In this document: piece by piece, positions 58,218 to 64,000 of the stretch
How positions within the stretch are numbered: the first letter of the stretch is position 1
Layout: the number at the start of each line of letters is the position of its first letter
Assembly (NCBI GenBank): GCA_046331705.1
Contig: JAXLQJ010000001.1
Location: 310,001-374,000 of the forward strand
Length of the DNA: 64,000 bases
Origin: a bacterium
GTDB lineage: Bacteria; JADJOY01
Reading direction: 5' to 3'
Made by a program: the position numbers and the translations under genes
Notes under the pieces: generated by a model
The model's database searches: none
Seen by the model: only the letters and a program-made list of their open reading frames with translations
What the model was told of the DNA's origin: nothing

Positions 58218-61200
58218 CGGATCCGCGTGCCGTACGGGTTTCCCCCAATTCGCACGATCGACTCCTGACGCCCGGCCGCGCTGCGGGCGCGGTGAGCCTG
58301 GCGCTGGTGGGGTTGGCGGCGCTGGTGGCGTTCGGGGGCGGCAGGCTCGGGCCGGCGGTGCTGGTCGCGAGCTGGTTCGCGCTCTCGCTCGTGCTCTTCG
58401 CGCGCGGAGCGAGAAGGCGGCTTGCCGACGAGCCCCGTCTGACGACCTACGGCCGGTGGGTGGCCGCGCCAGTGCTCGCGTTGGTGGTGGTCGCGCTCGC
58501 CGGGACCGCATTCCTGGTGCTCGCGCTGGTGGTGGTGATCGTCGCCATTCGACCACCGGTCGGCCTCAGCCTGGTCGCCCTCGCGCTCGGCATGCCGAGC
58601 GCTTGGTGGCTCGTCGGGCGCGGCGCCACGGCGATCGGCGCGCGCTGGCCGGCGGCGCGCGAGGCGTCCGCTCGCTGGGTCGTCGCACCGCGACTCGTCG
58701 CCGCCTCGCTCGCGGTGGCGGCCGTCGCGTGGCTCGTGGATCTGGCGAACGCCTTCGCGTTCGCGTTCTTCGTGATCCTGGCGCTGATCTGGGTGATGTT
58801 GCTCGCCAATGGGATCGGACGCGCGCTGGCGCGGGTCGCGGCGGGGGAGCTGTCGTGGCGATCGACGCAGCGTTGCATCGTGTTCGGCGTGCTCTGGCTC
58901 ACCGGCCTGGTCGTCATCACCCTCGAGACGTCGGCGCTCGGAACCTACGTCCTTCACGGTCACGGCGACGGTGCGTACCGGCTCGCCGAGTCGCGACGTG
59001 CCGAGGTCGACGACGCAGGGTTTCGAGGTCCCCCGGTGCCGCGTGAGCGCCGAGCCGGCGTGGCGCGCGTGGCGTTTCTGGGCGACTCGACGACGTACGG
59101 CTGGTTGGTGGCCGAACGCGAGGCGTACCCGCGTCGTGTCGAGCGCATCTTGAGTGGCTGCGGCGGCCATCCCGTGGAGGTCGTCAACGCGGGCGTGCCC
59201 GGCTACGACGCGCGTCGAATGTCGATTCTGCTCGCGACGCACGTCGCCGAGTGGCAGCCGGACGTGGTGGTCGTGATGACTGGCCCCAACGATCCGGCCG
59301 ACTCACCCGCCGCGTTTCGCTCGTCCCTCGAAGCGCTGCTGCGGCAAGTGGAGACGGTGGGCGCGCGCGTGGTGCTTTCGACGTATCCGTACGGGGATCC
59401 CGCCGAACGGGGTGAGAAGAACGCGGTGATCGCGGAACTGGCGCGCGAGCGCGGGCTCACGTCGTTCGATGCGCAGGCGGTTGTCGACGGAAAGCCTCAC
59501 GACGCGTTCTTCCTCCTCGACGGCGCAGCACCCCACGCCCGCGGGCCACGCGGCGCTGGCTGCGGCGCTGGCCCCCGTGATCGCGGAGGTGCTGTGGCCC
59601 GCCGAGCCCCATCGGCTCGAGTGTGCGGCCTCCCTCGATCGAGCCGCGGTTCCGGGCTGGGCGCGTGGGAACGGCGTTGCTATGCTCGCGCCACTCGAGC
59701 TTGCCGCTGTTCGCGCGTCTTCCCCGGCCCGCGTCGACGTCGAGCCCATTCGATGGACGCCGAGCGCCTCGCGCTCGCAGCCGCCGTGGACCAACGGTGG
59801 CGCGAAGTACGAATCCGCGCTGCCCAGCTCCGGTCTGCTCGCGCGCCGTGACGGCGAGGTGGTCGAGATCCTCGACGGCAACGAGAGGAGCCCTATCTGC
59901 GCGCCCGCCCGGCTGGCTCCGAACCACAGCTACGACGAGGCGCGCCAGATCATCGTGGACAGCATCCAGCGGATGCAGGAGCTCGCTCGGCTACCACGAT
60001 CGTGGACCTGTTGCTCAAGACCGGACGCCGCCGCATGCAGACGCGCGGCGCGTCGCTCCCGCCCGAATACGTGATGCCCTGACGGATCCCGCGCGCCGTA
60101 CGGGTTTCCCCAGTTCACGATCGAGCTGACGCCCGGCCGCGCTACGGGCGCGGTGAGCCTGGCGCTGGTGGGGTTGGCGGCGCTGGTGGTCAGATCGTCA
60201 AGAGTTGCGGTACACGCCCTCTCGGCGAAGGTCAGGAGGGCGTGTGCCTTTCCGCGTACACTGTGCAGTGTTTGACGTTGGCGGGCCGCGCGAGGAGGAC
60301 TGGTGAGGACGCAGGTACGAGTGCAGCTGATCACGATATCGACGGTCGCCTTCGTGGCGGCACTTTACACCGTGCGGTCGGCGTGGAGCTTCGCCACGCA
60401 AGGGCAGGGGTCTGGATCGAATGGAATGATCATGTTCATGGTCATGGTGCTCGCATCGGCGACAGCGGAGTTGCTCGTGGCCAGGGCAACGGCTCGCAGC
60501 GCTGGAACGCGAACGCGATGCTACGAGTGTCGGGACCTAGGCGTCCGCCCGAGCGTACGCGGCTACGTTAGCGACGAGTGAGCACGCCGGCCGAGCGCGA
60601 CATGACGCTCACCCGGATGGTTGCGCTCGCGTTGAAGCAGCGGCGCGGTCTGCTCGAGCTGATCGGGGTCGCGAAGCGCGCAATCGACCCGATGGATTGC
60701 AGAATGCGCCACCTCGCGCCACGCGCGGCGATGGTGTGGCTCTGGGAGCGTGAACGCGCATCCACGGCGAGCTTCTGGGCTCGGGACTTCGGTGTCCGAG
60801 TCGACCGTCGCTGGCGAGTGCATGGTGCGCGGGGGCGATCCGCGCCGGTCGCGAACTTGGCGCAGCTTCCTCCCCGCAACCATTCGCGGGGGCTGGGGCC
60901 GATCGACCTCCTAGCCGTCCGCACTGCGCCCTTCTAGCGACGCTTTGCGGCATCTTAGTTCCGGCTCACGATCGACGCCGGATGGTCCAGCGCATGACCG
61001 CCGATCCCTGCGGCGCTTACGTGAGCCATCCGATGAGCGAGGCGTGTCCGTGGGACACGCAGCTGCGCCTCGTGATCGGCGACCGAAGAACGCGGTGATC
61101 GCGGAACTGGCGCGCGAGCGCGGGCTCACGTCGTTCGATGCGCAGGCGGTTGTCGACGGAAAGCCTCACGACGCGTTCTTCCTCCTCGACGGCGAGCACC

Positions 61201-61728
61201 CCACGCCCGCGGGCCACGCGGCGCTGGCTGCGGCGCTGGCCCCCGTGATCGCGGAGGTGCTGTGGCCCGCCGAGCCCCATCGGCTCGAGTGTGCGGCCTC
61301 CCTCGATCGAGCCGCGGTTCCGGGCTGGGCGCGTGGGAACGGCGTTGCTATGCTCGCGCCACTCGAGCTTGCCGCTGTTCGCGCGTCTTCCCCGGCCCGC
61401 GTCAGCGATCCGAGCCCATTCGATGGACGCCGAACGCCTCGCGCTCGCAGCCGCCGTGGACCAACGGTGGCGCGAGTACGAATCCGCGCTGCCCAGCTCC
61501 GGTCTGCTCGCGCGCCGTGACGGCGAGGTGGTCGAGATCCTCGACGGCAACGAGGAGGCCTATCTGCGCGCCCGCCCGGCTGGCTCGAACCACAGCTACG
61601 ACGAGGCGCGCCAGATCATCGTGGACAGCATCCAGCGGATGCAGGAGAGCTCGCTCGGCTACCACGCGATCGTGGACCTGTTGCTCAAGACCGGACGCCG
61701 CCGCATGCAGACGCGCGGCGCGTCGCTC
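58189..61728 (+). repeat. Imperfect tandem duplication: 58189-58328 ~ 60054-60189 and 59416-60058 ~ 61085-61728
   Basis: Near-identical sequence read directly, differing mostly by small indels. The middle of the second copy (60190-61084) does not match the first. Confidence 0.92.
58292..59620 (+). pseudogene. Multi-TM membrane protein with C-terminal SGNH hydrolase domain; frameshift near 59525, 3' end uncertain
   Basis: FLGDSTTYG, VVNAGVPG, GPND. The catalytic DGEHPT is intact only in the duplicate copy (around 61190). Confidence 0.7.
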
Positions 61729-62307
61729 GCCGGGCTCGACGCACGGCCGCTCAAGGTGTTGGAGGTCGCATCCGGCAGCGGCTGGTTCATGCGGCATCTG
61801 TGGCGAATCGCGCTCGCCGAGAGCACGCCGATCGAGCTCTGGGCGGGGGACATCAATCCCGAGTTCGTGAGGTCGCTGGCGGCTCGTCTCGCGGCCGACG
61901 GCGTTCCGTGCCAGACCACCGTTTCCGACGCGCGTCACATGGCCGGCGTCGAGGACGGCCGTTGGGACGTGGCGTTCATGTCCTATACCTTGCACCACTT
62001 CCGGCCCACCGACGCGGCGCTGTGCTTGCGCGAGCTGGATCGCGTCTCGAACGGCGGGATGGTCATGGTGGACATCGCGCGCAACGCCTTCGGGCTCGCG
62101 TTCGGACGCGTCGCGTACGGCTTCGTCGATCCAGGCGGTGCGCGCTACACCCAGCACGACGGTCTGGCGTCGGTGCGCCGCGCCTACAACGTCCGTGAGC
62201 TCGAGCTCTTCCTGGAATGGGTGGGCATTCGGGACCGGTATCACGTCGGTGCGTTGCCCACGTGGCATCCGCAGCGGTTGATCGCGAACGCCATCTGGCC
62301 GAAGTGA
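61423..62307 (+). CDS. Class I SAM-dependent methyltransferase (start uncertain)
   Basis: VLEVASGSG, GDINP, SDAR, WDVAF..YTLHHF, HDGLASVRRAY. Confidence 0.85.
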   Translation: MDAERLALAAAVDQRWREYESALPSSGLLARRDGEVVEILDGNEEAYLRARPAGSNHSYDEARQIIVDSIQRMQESSLGYHAIVDLLLKTGRRRMQTRGASLAGLDARPLKVLEVASGSGWFMRHLWRIALAESTPIELWAGDINPEFVRSLAARLAADGVPCQTTVSDARHMAGVEDGRWDVAFMSYTLHHFRPTDAALCLRELDRVSNGGMVMVDIARNAFGLAFGRVAYGFVDPGGARYTQHDGLASVRRAYNVRELELFLEWVGIRDRYHVGALPTWHPQRLIANAIWPK

Positions 62308-63806
62308 TCGGCATCGCGCCACGGCTGCGACGGTCCATTCGAGCCGTCGCGATCGTTCTCGTCGGCACGTCGCTGGCGCTCGGCCTCGCGCGCTGCGATC
62401 GAAGCGGCGCGCGCCGCACCGCCACTCCCGCCGCGACCTCAGCGAGCACGCCGGTAGCCCGCGCGCAGCCCAACGTGCTCTTGGTCGTCGTCGACACGCT
62501 CGCCGCGCGTCACCTCGATGCCTACGGTTACGCGCGGCGCACCGCGCCCTTCCTCGCCGAGGAAGCGGCGCGCGGCACGCTCTTCGAGGACGTCACCGCG
62601 GCGGCTCCGTTCACGGCGCCCGCGGTGGCGTCGATCTTCACCGGGCTCGACGGGATGCACCACGGCGTTGCCGGGCACCTCCCGGACCTTCGCTTCTCTC
62701 GCGCGCACCACACGCTGGCGGAGGCGTTTCGGGACGCGGGCTACGCCACCGTGGGCGTGGTCACGAACCCCTGGCTCAGCGCGGCGCGCGGCTTCGACCA
62801 GGGCTTCGACCGCTACCTCCACGCGAACGACGGTGACGCCGCCGCGCGTGCGGCGACGTTGCTCGGCGAGCTGGGCAAGCTGCCCGAGGGCCGGCCGTGG
62901 TTCGCGTGGCTGCACCTGCTCGACACGCACATGCCGTACTCGCCGAGCGCCGCCAACCGCGACCGCTTCGACGCCACCGCCGCCCAGAGCTTGCCGCTCG
63001 CTCATTTCCTGAAGCGGCCGATCTCCGTCGACTCGATCTTCTTCGAGTACCGCTACACGCCCGACGACGTGGAGCGGACCCGCGCGCTCTACGACGCCGC
63101 GATCCTCACGGTCGACGAGGTGCTGCGCTCGACCGTCGCCGCGCTACGCGCCCGTCCCGGGGGCGACGAGCTGGTGGTGGTCTACACCTCGGATCATGGC
63201 GAGGCGCTCTGCGAGCACGGACTGTGCTGGTCGCACGAGTTCACGCTCTACCAGGAGCTGATGGGCGTGCCACTCGTGGTGCGGGCGCCGGGGCGGGTGC
63301 CGGAGGGGGCACGCGTGGCCGCCCCGGTGCGCGCGATCGACGTCGCGCCCACGCTCACCGAGATCGCCGGGGTGCCGTTCGGCACGGCGATCGACGGCGC
63401 GAGCGCGGTTGCGCTCGCTCGTGGCGCCGCCGAGCCCGCCGCCCGCGTCGCCTTCGCGGAAAGCGCCCCCTATCGCGAGAAATACAAGAAGAACCCGCGC
63501 ATCCACGTGCACGGCGACGAAGGCCGCTGGAAGATGGTGCGCGACGGGAAGTGGAAGTTGATCGAGGTGCCGCGGGTCGCCAGCGATCCCGGCCAGGACG
63601 AGATCGAGCTCTACGATCTGGCGCGCGATCCGACCGAGACGCGAAACGTCGCCGCCGAGAATCGCGAGGTCGTCGCGAAGCTGCGCGCCGCGATCGCCGC
63701 GTGGGTGAAGACGCGTCGCGCCGCGCCTCCCGACGACGCGCCGCCGCTCACGATCTCGCCGGAAGAGCGCGAGAGCCTCACGAGCCTCGGTTACGCCGGG
63801 CCGTGA
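62304..63806 (+). CDS. Sulfatase-like hydrolase (alkaline phosphatase superfamily), exported
   Basis: PNVLLVVVDTL, TAPAVASIFTG, DTHMPY, TSDHGE, ELYDL..DP.E..N, L.SLGY. Confidence 0.9.
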   Translation: MIGIAPRLRRSIRAVAIVLVGTSLALGLARCDRSGARRTATPAATSASTPVARAQPNVLLVVVDTLAARHLDAYGYARRTAPFLAEEAARGTLFEDVTAAAPFTAPAVASIFTGLDGMHHGVAGHLPDLRFSRAHHTLAEAFRDAGYATVGVVTNPWLSAARGFDQGFDRYLHANDGDAAARAATLLGELGKLPEGRPWFAWLHLLDTHMPYSPSAANRDRFDATAAQSLPLAHFLKRPISVDSIFFEYRYTPDDVERTRALYDAAILTVDEVLRSTVAALRARPGGDELVVVYTSDHGEALCEHGLCWSHEFTLYQELMGVPLVVRAPGRVPEGARVAAPVRAIDVAPTLTEIAGVPFGTAIDGASAVALARGAAEPAARVAFAESAPYREKYKKNPRIHVHGDEGRWKMVRDGKWKLIEVPRVASDPGQDEIELYDLARDPTETRNVAAENREVVAKLRAAIAAWVKTRRAAPPDDAPPLTISPEERESLTSLGYAGP

Positions 63807-63882
63807 GCGGGCGCCGACTCGCCGAATCCACGCAGGCAGCATCGCGCCGCGCGGCTAGAATCCCAGAGAGGGAGCCTCGTTC

Positions 63883-64000
63883 ATGCCGAAACTTCCGGTC
63901 GAGCTCGTGTCGCGCGACGAGATCGCGCAGGGCACGTTCCGTTTTCGCTTCACCAAGCCCGCGGAGCTCGCGTTCCAGGCGGGCCAGTACGTGTCCTTGG
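63883..64000 (+). CDS. FAD-binding oxidoreductase (ferredoxin-reductase-like), truncated by the window end
   Basis: MPKLPVELVSRDEIAQGTFRFRFTKPAELAFQAGQYVSL with F.AGQY motif; SD GGGAG. Confidence 0.7.
   Translation, partial: MPKLPVELVSRDEIAQGTFRFRFTKPAELAFQAGQYVSL

Noticed and set aside
60190-61084. Short ORFs 60303-60581 and 60578-60937 as a novel inserted cassette
   Set aside because: No motifs or terminal repeats, and they lie inside a suspect duplication; more likely low-quality sequence.

Overview
GC-rich bacterial chromosome segment near the replication origin. The gene order and families suggest a Myxococcota/deltaproteobacteria-like organism (inference). 0-13 kb is the origin-linked core: mnmE-mnmG-rsmG-parA-parB-bactofilin, two perfect parS palindromes, and a split ATP synthase operon (b', b, delta, alpha, gamma, beta, epsilon; no a or c). 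13-43 kb is accessory. It holds a secreted esterase, a membrane glycosylation/acylation toolkit (acyltransferase-3, GT87, GT2, other GT-C proteins, SGNH proteins), xth, an orphan HigA, an ABC1 kinase, several unusual secreted multidomain proteins, and a heavily frameshifted KAP-NTPase/FGE(CLec) fusion followed by a Uma2 nuclease. The 3' end of that fusion has the codon signature of a diversity-generating retroelement variable region, and no template repeat or reverse transcriptase is visible in the window. This is the best candidate for a novel system. 43-47 kb is tRNA-Arg(ACG)-tadA-2x tRNA-Ser-SRP RNA-dnaX-ybaB, with a ceramidase-like lipoprotein and an outer-membrane-like protein where recR usually sits. 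50-64 kb has a FadR-family regulator with a double operator, a GMC oxidoreductase, an orphan ABC binding protein, a crotonase, PilZ-HEAT and TPR proteins, an imperfect ~1.9 kb tandem duplication (possibly an assembly artefact), a methyltransferase and a sulfatase-like enzyme. Clustered indels suggest unevenly polished long-read sequence, so pseudogene calls are provisional. All family assignments come from motif recognition by eye, not database searches.
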